Part shown: piece by piece, positions 1-9,454 of the stretch
Layout of the letters: each line of letters opens with the position of its first letter
How positions within the stretch are numbered: position 1 is the stretch's first letter
IMG/VR virus record: IMGVR_UViG_3300015262_000001
Span: 62,001-126,000 of that record
DNA: 64,000 bases
Reading direction: 5' to 3' (one strand)
Program-made: the position numbers and the translations under genes
Notes under the pieces: model-generated
Seen by the model: the letters and a program-made list of their open reading frames with translations, nothing else
Told to the model about the DNA's origin: nothing
Databases searched by the model: none

Positions 1-127
1 GATGGATGTCCGGGTCGTAGACGTTTTCGATGTAGTGGAAGTTCTTGCGCTCACCGGTGTTGAGGGGACTGATGTTCGTCCCCGCAACCGCAGCAATCGC
101 GTTAGACAACGGCGACTGGTCAAACAT
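1..127 (-). CDS. Partial (5-prime end) virion structural protein, phiKZ gp26-like; runs off window start
   Basis: ATG at 127 overlaps the TGA of the upstream gene. Reads MFDQSPLSNAIAAVAGTNISPLNTGERKNFHYIENVYDPDIH with no stop to the edge. Position fits gp26-27-28-29-30 synteny. Confidence 0.65.
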   Translation of the reverse strand, partial: MFDQSPLSNAIAAVAGTNISPLNTGERKNFHYIENVYDPDIH

Positions 128-2789
128 TGTTGTTCACCTCAAAATAGCCTTCAATCACGCAGACCGACTCCAGGTAGAGATCGTTGACCTGTTTGAAGAA
201 GATGAGTTCCTTATCCGACACGGTAAGTTTACCGTAGTTAGCAAACGGGGTAATGGCAAAGTAACGACGGTCATACTTGAGGTTAACGGGGTCGTACTTC
301 AACCACCAGGTGTAGGCTTTAACCGCATCCTTGACATCCTGGTCGCTGTAGTAGGTATCTCCGCTAGACTGGTTGGGCAACTGGATCAGACCGTTAAGCA
401 CACCGTTTACCACCACGTTCAAGAACGGGCTGTACAAACGGTACTTGTCTTGCAGGTTCGAGATCACCTCAATACCACTGCCGTCTGGACGATGAGGATC
501 CCCATTCTCCCAGTCAATCTCTTCAGCATTGGTTTGCGGCTTAGGTAGCCACAAGGTGAGATAATCACTTACACGTTGGTCCGTCTCACGACTGCGCTCG
601 CGATAAGGCAGCTCATCGTGGTCTTCAACAAACCGGATCGGACACCAGTGGTGCTTAACCATGTACGGCTTACCGTTCAACGGGTTACCGATGTCATCCG
701 GAACTTCTCGCTCTGCCCGTGGAACTTCATCGGTCAGGTAAAGGGCTCCATTAATAACCGTACGAGTAACTCGATCGCCCCGCAGATTATAACGATCAAC
801 GCGGCCGATAACGCCACCATCCACAAATCCGAGTTCGGTGTCAGAGTTCGGCAAAACCACAGTTTTATCCAGACCCATCGCCCGGACCGTGATGGTTTGA
901 GGACCGTCAACGAGGAACTCTTTGTTGTTGATGTAGCAGTATTGGTCTTCATAAATCCAATCTACCTTGTCAACCAACGGATGCCCGTTAAGCCAGATGT
1001 CGATCTGTGCCCAGGTCAACCCAGTGAGGTGTCCGCCATCTTCGTAAATATCCGTGATGGCAAACGCCAAGCTGTGGTCCAAATGCTCCAACTGGAACTG
1101 GTAGCCCAGGATCTTCTTGTTGCTGATCAGAATGCCACGTTTGTTTACCCGGTCCAGTCCTTTCCACACCAGCACACCGTCTTCAACACGGTACATGGCA
1201 GGATCACCTGTCACGTTGGTCCACGCACCGATGATCTGACCGATGTTGACGTTCCACGAAGCGGTGTAGACCTGGTAATCCCAGTCCTTGGAAATCTCAA
1301 CGTCCTGGTTGGTCACAAGCATGTCAATGTCACGACCGGTAGAACCCATGGTGAACTCTACCATGGCACAGGCTGGATTGTTCGGCGAGTAATACATGAT
1401 CCCACTCATGTTCCGCCATTCCAGGAGCTGACCGTTCTCATCATGTTCCCAGGCTGTACAAGCCTCCTGGTAGGTCACAGGGATGTCGACACCCCGACTA
1501 CCCAGCAGATAGGTCGCTCGTACCGGCGTCTCGCTCAGAACGCGTGTGGCAGCGTTGTAGCCTACCGACAGGATCGCATCCTCGCGCTTAACGTTCTTCC
1601 ACTGCTTACGCAGCAACTGCAAGACCGGACCTTGTTCCAATTGCTTGGCCGTCCATTCCGGCATGTTGGCTCGAGCGTCGACCATGGCTCGCATGATATC
1701 GATGTCAGGCATCCGGTACAGGTAACGAATGCGCTGATGCTCATGAGGCCACTGGAAGGTCCAGGCAGTCTTGCGAATCAACACCAGGATCCGGCAGTCC
1801 AATGGATCGGACAAATCAGGATGGTATTCGGTCATCGCTTGAATCACGTCATCCGCAATCGCCACATCCACATGAGTCAGCTGACGAATAGTCTTCTCAT
1901 CATTGCGATGGAGATAAAGACCACGACGTTGACCACCCATGAGGAAGTAATCGTTGTCGTCGAAGTAACGGATGGTGAAGTCACCCTTGATCTTTGGTGG
2001 ATGCAGGATGACCTTGTTCTTCTGATCCAACTCGGAGTAAAAAGCTTGGAGCAGGTTGTACATGTACAGCTCGGTACGCAACACTGTCGGGTCGTGCCAG
2101 AACTCGATCACGTCACCAGGAGCAATCGGGTTGATGTTCACAGGTAGCCCGTTGATCACGGTACCGTTATGGAACAACCCTGTATAACCAGGACGTGCCT
2201 TAACAGCGTTATAACGACCCAGGAAGGTACTGTACTCAGCCGGGTTCTCGTACACACAGGTTTCGAAGATGTACGGGTTACCCGTTTCGTTGAACACCAA
2301 ACGACTCTTGTCCACCAACACCGAAGGCGTGTAGCAACGGAAGTGCATGTCGTCGCCATCAAGGATTGGCGTCTTACCCAACTTCTGAACAGCGATCAAC
2401 ACCAACCCGTCATAAGTCACCATCAACCAACAGTGACTGCGGCTCTGCATGTAGCCCTTGGTCGAATACATATCAACACACAGACCGCGAGCCTTGCACA
2501 GCATACCAATGTTAACCCAGCGATCCAGTGGATTACGTCGCAGAGTGTTGTTCTTGAAGTTCCAGAACCCAGGATGCAAACCGCCTGCCGAGAACACGTG
2601 AAAGAAAGTATTCTTCTTGGGCAGGGTCCGCCATTTGTTCATGTAGCTGAAGTTTGAACTGTAGCCGTATTCTTCGGTAATGCGATTAAGCTTTACCTGG
2701 TACTGCTGGTTCTCTTCCGGATTAGACCAGAGATGATCGTCCGTGTATCGAACCAGCGGCGTATTGTCTTCCGGTCCACGAATACCCAT
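120..2789 (-). CDS. Large virion structural protein (tail/baseplate region), phiKZ gp27-like, 889 aa
   Basis: Long ORF with genome-typical codon use; size and position next to the divergent tail sheath gene match phiKZ-family synteny. Confidence 0.7.
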   Translation of the reverse strand: MGIRGPEDNTPLVRYTDDHLWSNPEENQQYQVKLNRITEEYGYSSNFSYMNKWRTLPKKNTFFHVFSAGGLHPGFWNFKNNTLRRNPLDRWVNIGMLCKARGLCVDMYSTKGYMQSRSHCWLMVTYDGLVLIAVQKLGKTPILDGDDMHFRCYTPSVLVDKSRLVFNETGNPYIFETCVYENPAEYSTFLGRYNAVKARPGYTGLFHNGTVINGLPVNINPIAPGDVIEFWHDPTVLRTELYMYNLLQAFYSELDQKNKVILHPPKIKGDFTIRYFDDNDYFLMGGQRRGLYLHRNDEKTIRQLTHVDVAIADDVIQAMTEYHPDLSDPLDCRILVLIRKTAWTFQWPHEHQRIRYLYRMPDIDIMRAMVDARANMPEWTAKQLEQGPVLQLLRKQWKNVKREDAILSVGYNAATRVLSETPVRATYLLGSRGVDIPVTYQEACTAWEHDENGQLLEWRNMSGIMYYSPNNPACAMVEFTMGSTGRDIDMLVTNQDVEISKDWDYQVYTASWNVNIGQIIGAWTNVTGDPAMYRVEDGVLVWKGLDRVNKRGILISNKKILGYQFQLEHLDHSLAFAITDIYEDGGHLTGLTWAQIDIWLNGHPLVDKVDWIYEDQYCYINNKEFLVDGPQTITVRAMGLDKTVVLPNSDTELGFVDGGVIGRVDRYNLRGDRVTRTVINGALYLTDEVPRAEREVPDDIGNPLNGKPYMVKHHWCPIRFVEDHDELPYRERSRETDQRVSDYLTLWLPKPQTNAEEIDWENGDPHRPDGSGIEVISNLQDKYRLYSPFLNVVVNGVLNGLIQLPNQSSGDTYYSDQDVKDAVKAYTWWLKYDPVNLKYDRRYFAITPFANYGKLTVSDKELIFFKQVNDLYLESVCVIEGYFEVNNNV

Positions 2790-2794
2790 GATGT

Positions 2795-3673
2795 TTACCC
2801 GTTGAGGTCGTAGGTGTAGTCGATGTGTTTAGTGAACGACTCCAGTACACCCTTGTTGTATTTAGGATCCAACGCCATACCCAACGGGGTCTTAGCGTAC
2901 AGTTTGTAACGCGCTGCACCGTAGACCAATGCAGTGAACAGACAGGGGGCTTCAGCCGAGGCAATGATCACCTTGCTACCCAATGCCACGAAACTGATGC
3001 CACCCAACAGCGCCATGAAGTCCTTGAACTCCACACCCTTCAGTTGATACAGCACAGGGTTGTTACGGATGGCTTCGAACAACTGCTCCAAAGTGGAGAG
3101 CTTAGGTACACCTTCGACCACGCCGAGGATGTAACCTTTCTCACTGCCGTAGATCGAACGGATAACGTTCAATGCCAACAGCTCGAGATCAGTCGTTACG
3201 TCTTCTTGAATACAGATCATGTAGTACGACAACAGCACCTTGAGGGTAAGGCCGGCGTTAACATCCAGACCAGCCCGACGAATCAAACGGCTACCGAAAG
3301 CTTCAGAGAACGCCTTGGTTGCCATCAGTCGGCAGTTCTTCAGCGGAACCACATCACCTTCAGCGACGTCATGTTGCATGAATGCTGCCAGGCGCATGAT
3401 CGCAATCTCGTTGGCATTCACTACCGCGTTGCTTTTGTTACGGAATGGACGCTCGTCATAGACGGTGATCAGTTGACGATTGAACCCTTCCATGGTAATT
3501 GGAAAGGCGAAAATAGGAATGGGGAGGTCGGTTTCATGGGTCACCACGTACACCCCAGGCTTCTTGGTGGGGGTCAGGTTACGGGTGACATGAAGGGTCT
3601 TAATAGTGCTCTCAACCTTGTCAGCGACCTTGAAGGGTTTCCCGACCGTAGTGTCGTAGGCATTGATCAGCAT
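2795..3673 (-). CDS. Virion structural protein, phiKZ gp28-like, 292 aa
   Basis: ORF with RBS (gaggt), divergent from the sheath gene; synteny. Confidence 0.65.
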   Translation of the reverse strand: MLINAYDTTVGKPFKVADKVESTIKTLHVTRNLTPTKKPGVYVVTHETDLPIPIFAFPITMEGFNRQLITVYDERPFRNKSNAVVNANEIAIMRLAAFMQHDVAEGDVVPLKNCRLMATKAFSEAFGSRLIRRAGLDVNAGLTLKVLLSYYMICIQEDVTTDLELLALNVIRSIYGSEKGYILGVVEGVPKLSTLEQLFEAIRNNPVLYQLKGVEFKDFMALLGGISFVALGSKVIIASAEAPCLFTALVYGAARYKLYAKTPLGMALDPKYNKGVLESFTKHIDYTYDLNG

Positions 3674-3791
3674 GGGGTTACCTCTAAAAATAACATGTTA
3701 TGTGCCAGTGGTATAACACACTGTACGGCCCAGAAATGGCTAGCATACGATTGTTTTAGGACCCACAAACAGGACATCAACGAGGTTCTCC

Positions 3792-5966
3792 ATGACTGTT
3801 CTTAACAGCATCATTCCGGGGAAAGTGAATAATCGTGGTATCAACGACAAGTCGATCCCCGATTACACTATCTCCACCCCGACGTATCCACTGCACCTTC
3901 CGGTCATTACCATGGTCACTCCTGTGGGTGATTTGGCGGAAGATAAGGGTACCCAGTGGATCTCCACTGCTGACTTCACCAAGAAGTTCGGCAACGTGTT
4001 GGACCACACCACCCCCTTCTACAACCCGAACTCTGCGCTGGTTAGTCAGCTCATCAAGGGCGGTCAAGCAGCCATCGGTGTTCGCCGTGTATCGGCTAAC
4101 AAAGAAGTTGCCCGTGTGGCAATCTCTGCGTTCGTTCAACTGGTAGAGTTGGCAGACTACGAGCGTGACCTGGCTGGTAAGTTCAAGCGTGATGCTCAAG
4201 GCGCAAAGATTCCAACCGGCGATACCTTCACCACTGCACTGAGCATCGAGATCAAACCTGATCCTGAAGCGAAGAAAGGTGTAGCGGTCGGTGGCCTGCA
4301 ACGTCGTACCATTGCCGGCACTCCAGCCAACGGTGAAATCCCGGCTGTGCCTGACACCATCGTTTACCCGCTTTACGAAGCGGTGTGTGGTGTGGGCGAT
4401 CAGTACAACCGCGGTGGCCTGGTTACCGGTGTTACCGATAACAACGTTAACTGGCGTGCAGTTTCGGAATTCGTGACCGCCACTGGCGTGTTCCCGTTCG
4501 ATCTGAAGATGTTCACCGAAACCGAGATCGGCGCACGCAGCTTCTCCAAGACGCCAAAACGTCTGGAAACTGTTTCGTACACCCTGTTCAAAACCGAAGT
4601 CAATGGTGTGAAGTTCAGCATCAAAGACGGTTTCGGCCAGTTCACAGGCACGAACGTCAACCGTAAGGTTGTTCCTGTTCACCAGCCGTTCAACGACGTC
4701 TACGTCTACGAAGACCACATCACCTCGCTGTGCCAGGCGATGTACGCCGTTGAAGAGCCGAACAACCCGAACATGCTCGATGTGAGCCAGTTCCCGTTCC
4801 AGCAGATGAACCCGTTCACCTGCGTAAACCACAACGGTGCCCCGTACTACGCACTCGTCAACACCGGCGCAGTGACCTGGGACATGACCGGTTCGGTTAA
4901 AGCCAGCGGTGGCGTTTCGCCATTCCTGGATGCCGATGGCAAACTGCCGGCGTACGTGACCGTGCCTGCACTGGACGATCCGTTCAACGTCTTGGCCAAC
5001 GCCAAGTACCCGATCACCAACGTTCAAGCTTGGGAAGTTAACAACAAGCTGATGGCGCTGGACATGACCGAGTACCTCGCCGGTACCGAAACCAAGAACT
5101 ACACCAAGAACCGTCAATCTTTCTACTGGGACGTTGGTTTCTCCCAGGAAGTTAAAGACCTCTCGGTACAGTTGCTGGCCAGCCGTAAAGACATCATCGT
5201 GATTCCAGATGCGACTGTATTTACGCCAGGCAAGACCAACACCCTGGCCGACGTGTACTCGCGCTTCACTGCGCTGTCTGCACAAGCCAAGCTGTTCCCG
5301 GAATCCCAGTACTGGGGCACTCCAACCTGCCGTTCGGCGGTCAACCTCATCGAAGCTTACGTTATCGACGAGAAGAGCGCTGATGCAATGTCGGGTAACC
5401 TCGACCTGGCTTACGCGTTTGCGCTCTTCGCTGGTAACAGCGCTGGTGTGATCCGTGCAGCGTTCTCGCCTGACAGCAAGGACAACCGTAACCTGCGGAC
5501 CATGCATTCGCCTAACATCGAGTTCGAGGAAGACTTCGTCGCCGGTGACAACTTCACCAACGGTGGTATCACTTTGCGTACGCGCAATACTGACACCATG
5601 TTCCGTCCATGCCTGGTTACCCTGTACCCGAACGCGGATTCCGTGCTGAAGGACTTGGTCACCAACTTCCTCTGCGTGTGCATCGAAAAGATCGCACAAG
5701 ACGAGTGGAACAACGTCTGCGGTGACACCTCGCTGTCGGCTTCCGACTACGTGGCTAACTTCAAAGACGGCGCGGAACGCAAATGCCGCGATCGCCTCGG
5801 TGGCCTGTGCAAGTCCATCACGTTCGTACCAAGCTACGACGAGACCCAACCGGGTGGTCGTGCTGTGATGAACACTATCGCCCATGCTTACTTCAACAAG
5901 GGTAAGTACATGATGAACCTGGACCTCTTCGCCTACAACGAAGAAGATCTGGCCACCAACTCGTAA
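3792..5966 (+). CDS. Tail sheath protein (phiKZ gp29-like), 724 aa
   Basis: N-terminal GINDKSIP..HLP motif and C-terminal sheath-like region (FYWDVGF, WGTPTCRS) as in jumbo-phage sheaths; followed by a tube-sized gene. Confidence 0.88.
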   Translation: MTVLNSIIPGKVNNRGINDKSIPDYTISTPTYPLHLPVITMVTPVGDLAEDKGTQWISTADFTKKFGNVLDHTTPFYNPNSALVSQLIKGGQAAIGVRRVSANKEVARVAISAFVQLVELADYERDLAGKFKRDAQGAKIPTGDTFTTALSIEIKPDPEAKKGVAVGGLQRRTIAGTPANGEIPAVPDTIVYPLYEAVCGVGDQYNRGGLVTGVTDNNVNWRAVSEFVTATGVFPFDLKMFTETEIGARSFSKTPKRLETVSYTLFKTEVNGVKFSIKDGFGQFTGTNVNRKVVPVHQPFNDVYVYEDHITSLCQAMYAVEEPNNPNMLDVSQFPFQQMNPFTCVNHNGAPYYALVNTGAVTWDMTGSVKASGGVSPFLDADGKLPAYVTVPALDDPFNVLANAKYPITNVQAWEVNNKLMALDMTEYLAGTETKNYTKNRQSFYWDVGFSQEVKDLSVQLLASRKDIIVIPDATVFTPGKTNTLADVYSRFTALSAQAKLFPESQYWGTPTCRSAVNLIEAYVIDEKSADAMSGNLDLAYAFALFAGNSAGVIRAAFSPDSKDNRNLRTMHSPNIEFEEDFVAGDNFTNGGITLRTRNTDTMFRPCLVTLYPNADSVLKDLVTNFLCVCIEKIAQDEWNNVCGDTSLSASDYVANFKDGAERKCRDRLGGLCKSITFVPSYDETQPGGRAVMNTIAHAYFNKGKYMMNLDLFAYNEEDLATNS

Positions 5967-5979
5967 GGAGTAAGTAGTT

Positions 5980-6888
5980 ATGGCTGCTGATACTAACTAC
6001 CCGCACCGTACAGACACCACGTTGATGCCAACGAGTGACCCGTTTGTCGAGGCCTTGGACCTCGGTAACCGTCCCGTCATCGATGGCGACGCCGGTGGCA
6101 TGTACGGTTGGGCAGGCAACATCTTCGAGTACATGTCGGCTCAGCCTCATGTGTCTCAACAGGGCTGGTGTATTGTCCTGAGTACCCCTCAGTTCTTCTC
6201 CCGTCTGCCGGGTGGTACCAAACTTCATTCCCTGTGCAAAGCGTTCTTCGAGAACCGTTCGCAGGAATGGAGCGGCATCCGTGACTCCACAGAGATCAAC
6301 TTCGGTTCGATGGAGTGGACAGGTCACAAAATGTCCGTGGCAACCGGTGCTACCCGTTCCCTGGGTAGCGTGACCCACAAGGCCTACGACGTGGAAGGTG
6401 AAGTATTCACTCACATGTTGAAGACCTGGTCGCGTTGGGGTGTAATGGACCCTGAAATCCTGAACGCCAAAATGGTCATCCTGGACGATCCAGGAGACAT
6501 GCTGCTCGACGACACCTCGTACTCGGCGATCTACTTCGAGCCAACCCGCAACATGAAGGACGTAGCTCACGCCGCGATCCTGGTAGCGGGCCAGCCGACC
6601 ACGACCGTTCCGATCGAGATCAAACGCAACAAAGCCGATGAAAACCAGATCCGCTCTATCGAGATGGAATTCACCGGTGTGATCGAAATGGACACCCTCG
6701 CGGTGAAACAGATCGCTCGCAAAATGTTGGCACTGTTGCCACTGTTCAACCCTGACGCAGTGACTGCTCCGTCTGGCTTCCAGGAACGCACTGCGATTCT
6801 GGAAAACCTGGCTAACGCAGGTACCATCGAACGCATGACGCAAGCGCAAGCGACCGTAGCGGCCGAGGCAGCTGATTACCTGGGTTAA
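5980..6888 (+). CDS. Tail tube protein (phiKZ gp30-like), 302 aa
   Basis: Immediately downstream of sheath with strong RBS (aaggag); highly biased codons; size typical of the family. Confidence 0.85.
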   Translation: MAADTNYPHRTDTTLMPTSDPFVEALDLGNRPVIDGDAGGMYGWAGNIFEYMSAQPHVSQQGWCIVLSTPQFFSRLPGGTKLHSLCKAFFENRSQEWSGIRDSTEINFGSMEWTGHKMSVATGATRSLGSVTHKAYDVEGEVFTHMLKTWSRWGVMDPEILNAKMVILDDPGDMLLDDTSYSAIYFEPTRNMKDVAHAAILVAGQPTTTVPIEIKRNKADENQIRSIEMEFTGVIEMDTLAVKQIARKMLALLPLFNPDAVTAPSGFQERTAILENLANAGTIERMTQAQATVAAEAADYLG

Positions 6889-6902
6889 ACACCAAGCGTA
6901 AA

Positions 6903-6942
6903 TATAAGCCCCTCCACCCTTTTCGGGGTGGAGGGGCTTATA
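6903..6942. terminator. Bidirectional intrinsic terminator between convergent genes
   Basis: 17-bp perfect inverted repeat tataagcccctccaccc / gggtggaggggcttata. Confidence 0.85.
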
Positions 6943-6951
6943 GCTGCTTTT

Positions 6952-7380
6952 TCAATAAAAGCCTTTACCATCGCGATTGTCAAACACAAATACCTGACCA
7001 TAAACACTGATCAAAGCGTTGTTGTTTCGATTGACCACCTCGTTAAATATCCACAGGTCTTGTGAATGAGGAGTCTTATCAGAACAGAAGGGAGCGTACA
7101 TCCTGATGTAGTTACACATCTCCTTGTTCGTATAACGAACAGGGAAGCGACACAGCCAGCCTACAACATTTCCGGAAAGCTGGGGCTCCTTTACCATCAC
7201 ATCACGAACCATAGTTACAGTCCCAGCATAGATTCCTAATCTATACCAGAACGTCATACCGTCATCGGTTAAGGTCAAGCCGTAGAGTAATCCACGCCGT
7301 TCCTTTCGCCTGATCACCAGTAAGACAATAACGGTTAGCCAGATCATGACCGTTATCAAATCCATGATGAACTCTGACAT
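6952..7380 (-). CDS. Hypothetical membrane-anchored protein, 142 aa
   Basis: N-terminal hydrophobic helix (LITVMIWLTVIVLLVI) followed by RRKERR. Confidence 0.7.
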   Translation of the reverse strand: MSEFIMDLITVMIWLTVIVLLVIRRKERRGLLYGLTLTDDGMTFWYRLGIYAGTVTMVRDVMVKEPQLSGNVVGWLCRFPVRYTNKEMCNYIRMYAPFCSDKTPHSQDLWIFNEVVNRNNNALISVYGQVFVFDNRDGKGFY

Positions 7381-7385
7381 ACCTA

Positions 7386-8117
7386 TTACCTTCGAGCAAA
7401 AATGCGGTTATAGTTATTCTTCACAAGACCACTGACATAATCCGCGTCGTCAGCAAGTACCTGGAAGTTTCTTAACTGCTCCTGCTTGTTGTTAAGGACC
7501 ATAACTGGCAGCGTTTTCCACGCCGTTCCACGACGGCCAAAGCGTTCAGCAAAACTACTAGCCAACGCCTTGCACCATTCATCAGGGTCCATGGGGCTAA
7601 GATTAGGCGTAGAATTGTTTCTGACAAATTCAACTACCACTTTTGCATGATCTGGGTAGAAGACATCGGTTAATAAACGAACTTCATTGGCAATGACAGC
7701 AACGATAGTATCCACTGAAGGACGCAGGTTCAATAAACTGACACGACGACAGCTCTTGTAAATACTTTGAATATCTTCGTCGGTAAAGAAACCATCAGCA
7801 CGTTCATTTAAGAATACGACGGCAAAGGCTGCTGATGCATCGGGGGTAACACCGTCATACCGTTTACCCGTCTCCATGAGCATCGTGACAGCGTACATGA
7901 TGTGAAGTGTACCATCGGGTAGGGAATGAAGTGCAGCGAGCTCCTTGGTGGCACACAGGGCGTTGTACAGCCATGCATGATCGTAACCCTCTGGGTTCTT
8001 CTTCATATGGTTGAAAATGGTGAAGATAAAGTCCAAAGGTAGGTAGTTACCAACAACAGTAAGGACGCCCTGAAAGAGCTGGAAGTTTTTGCGGTCCGCC
8101 GCACGAAAGCGGTTCAT
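7386..8117 (-). CDS. Hypothetical protein, possible degenerate HD-domain fold, 243 aa
   Basis: AVTMLMETGK aligns by eye with the HD-family AALLHDIGK helix but lacks His-Asp. ORF secure, fold assignment tentative. Confidence 0.6.
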   Translation of the reverse strand: MNRFRAADRKNFQLFQGVLTVVGNYLPLDFIFTIFNHMKKNPEGYDHAWLYNALCATKELAALHSLPDGTLHIMYAVTMLMETGKRYDGVTPDASAAFAVVFLNERADGFFTDEDIQSIYKSCRRVSLLNLRPSVDTIVAVIANEVRLLTDVFYPDHAKVVVEFVRNNSTPNLSPMDPDEWCKALASSFAERFGRRGTAWKTLPVMVLNNKQEQLRNFQVLADDADYVSGLVKNNYNRIFARR

Positions 8118-8185
8118 AAGGTACTCCTGAGAATTAGAGCAAAAAAATAAAAGAAAGAGTAGGGGGAGGAAACCCTCCCGCCACT

Positions 8186-8650
8186 TTAATCAACTGTGGT
8201 CATATTGGCAAAGTTCTCAGAGAAATCAAATGCAGTACTGATGCTAGCAGCCGTACATTTATCCGAGATTAACACTGTCACACCTGTTTGTAGTTTGTAA
8301 TACGCTGAGATGACACCACCCTTATCCATGTAACCCACTGTAGTGAATTCTTTTCCATCCGCCGAGTAGATCTCTCGAGTGTCGGTTGCTTCCGCCGCTG
8401 AATGGTGGTAGGAGGTACCCATGTCGTTGCCCAGTTTAACGACGGTCTGTTCCGGCTGAATCAAATCCTTGCCGTAGAGAATCGTGAAGGTGTCTGTCTT
8501 GGGGTCACGCAGAACTAGCAGGCTTTTGGCGTCTTCTGTGTCACAGCTCAATAGAACATCTTCTTGCTTATCCTTGGGTATGCCATCCATAACTCCAGCA
8601 TGGACAACTACCGAAACAAAGATAAGAAACAGCGCGGTAAGCAATCGCAT
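8186..8650 (-). CDS. Exported/periplasmic protein with signal peptide, 154 aa
   Basis: MRLLTALFLIFVSVVVHA-G Sec signal (VHA cleavage motif); two Cys; RBS aaggag. Confidence 0.75.
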   Translation of the reverse strand: MRLLTALFLIFVSVVVHAGVMDGIPKDKQEDVLLSCDTEDAKSLLVLRDPKTDTFTILYGKDLIQPEQTVVKLGNDMGTSYHHSAAEATDTREIYSADGKEFTTVGYMDKGGVISAYYKLQTGVTVLISDKCTAASISTAFDFSENFANMTTVD

Positions 8651-8737
8651 AACTAACTCCTTGATGAAGAGGAATATTCCTAATCCCCCAAAAAATAAAA
8701 GACAGAGGATTTCTCCCCTGCCTTTTACGACGTTTAC

Positions 8738-9100
8738 TTACAGATACACAGCACGCTCAAGTACACCCATGCTCCACTTGTTGTGGACTTGGTCAGCATT
8801 GAACGCCTCTACTGCGGCTTGCAGGCTGGCGTGTAATCTTGTTTCGATAAGACCGCCTACCGAGTTACGGGAAACACGAACTTCGCCATTCTCCAGGTAC
8901 ATATGGTTCAGGCAGAAACCGGCTGTGTTGCTGCACAGAGGAACAACGATCCCTTTCTGTACACCTGGTTGACGGAAGATTGCAAGACCTGCGATCTTCA
9001 TGGTGTCTTTACCACTGTTGTGGTCGTCACCGATTACGCCATCGTTAGCTTGAACGATTGCTACGATTTCGTCGAACTGAGCTGCGTTGAAATGAGACAT
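8738..9100 (-). CDS. Early hypothetical protein, 120 aa (start refined to MSHFNAAQ)
   Basis: ATG at 9100 with GGAG RBS, directly downstream of the CCTATATTAC promoter. Confidence 0.75.
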   Translation of the reverse strand: MSHFNAAQFDEIVAIVQANDGVIGDDHNSGKDTMKIAGLAIFRQPGVQKGIVVPLCSNTAGFCLNHMYLENGEVRVSRNSVGGLIETRLHASLQAAVEAFNADQVHNKWSMGVLERAVYL

Positions 9101-9117
9101 GATAATACTCCGGAGTA

Positions 9118-9180
9118 TGAAAGACTTAATTGTCTTAATCACAGGAGTAATATAGGTCTGAAAACTGATGTATCTTAAAT
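9118..9180 (-). promoter_or_regulatory. Early promoter cassette copy 1 (TTTT-N-CCTATATTAC plus leader hairpin)
   Basis: TATATTAC at 9147-9154 (minus) resembles the phiKZ early TATTAC consensus; 54/63 identical to 54206-54268. Confidence 0.8.
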
Positions 9181-9215
9181 ATACCTACCTAGCCCTTAAC
9201 AGGCTAGGTAGGTAT
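9181..9215. terminator. Intrinsic terminator hairpin upstream of the early promoter
   Basis: 14-bp inverted repeat atacctacctagcc / ggctaggtaggtat. Confidence 0.75.
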
Positions 9216-9224
9216 AATAACGAG

Positions 9225-9413
9225 TTAACGTTTTGGTAAATCCAGATCCATGCCGTAACCAAACTGCTTAGGTGGCTCCAGTGGTTTAACAAAACCAGGA
9301 TTCTCCTTCAGTCCGTTTGGGTTCCACGATGGTCGATCAGCAGGCATCGTCGAGTAGACTTTACCCAAAGCATCCAGGTGAAGCCGTTGGCGCATTTCGT
9401 CATCAGGTGTCAT
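9225..9413 (-). CDS. Small hypothetical protein, 62 aa
   Basis: Fills the gap between tmk and the terminator on the operon strand. Confidence 0.6.
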   Translation of the reverse strand: MTPDDEMRQRLHLDALGKVYSTMPADRPSWNPNGLKENPGFVKPLEPPKQFGYGMDLDLPKR

Positions 9414-9454
9414 AACCCTAACCTTTTGTTTGTGGACTATAACATCTGAACCCG

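Noticed and set aside
576-2147. Long antisense ORFs opposite core genes (e.g. 576-2147, 3777-5885, 19192-21477, 59410-62094)
   Set aside because: They mirror the sense codon frame. Avoidance of TTA/CTA/TCA codons in biased genes removes antisense stops. No RBS or protein-like motifs.
3674-3791. TATG late-promoter motifs in intergenic gaps (also near 57792 and 62516-62526)
   Set aside because: A 4-mer is too short to call individually without TSS data.
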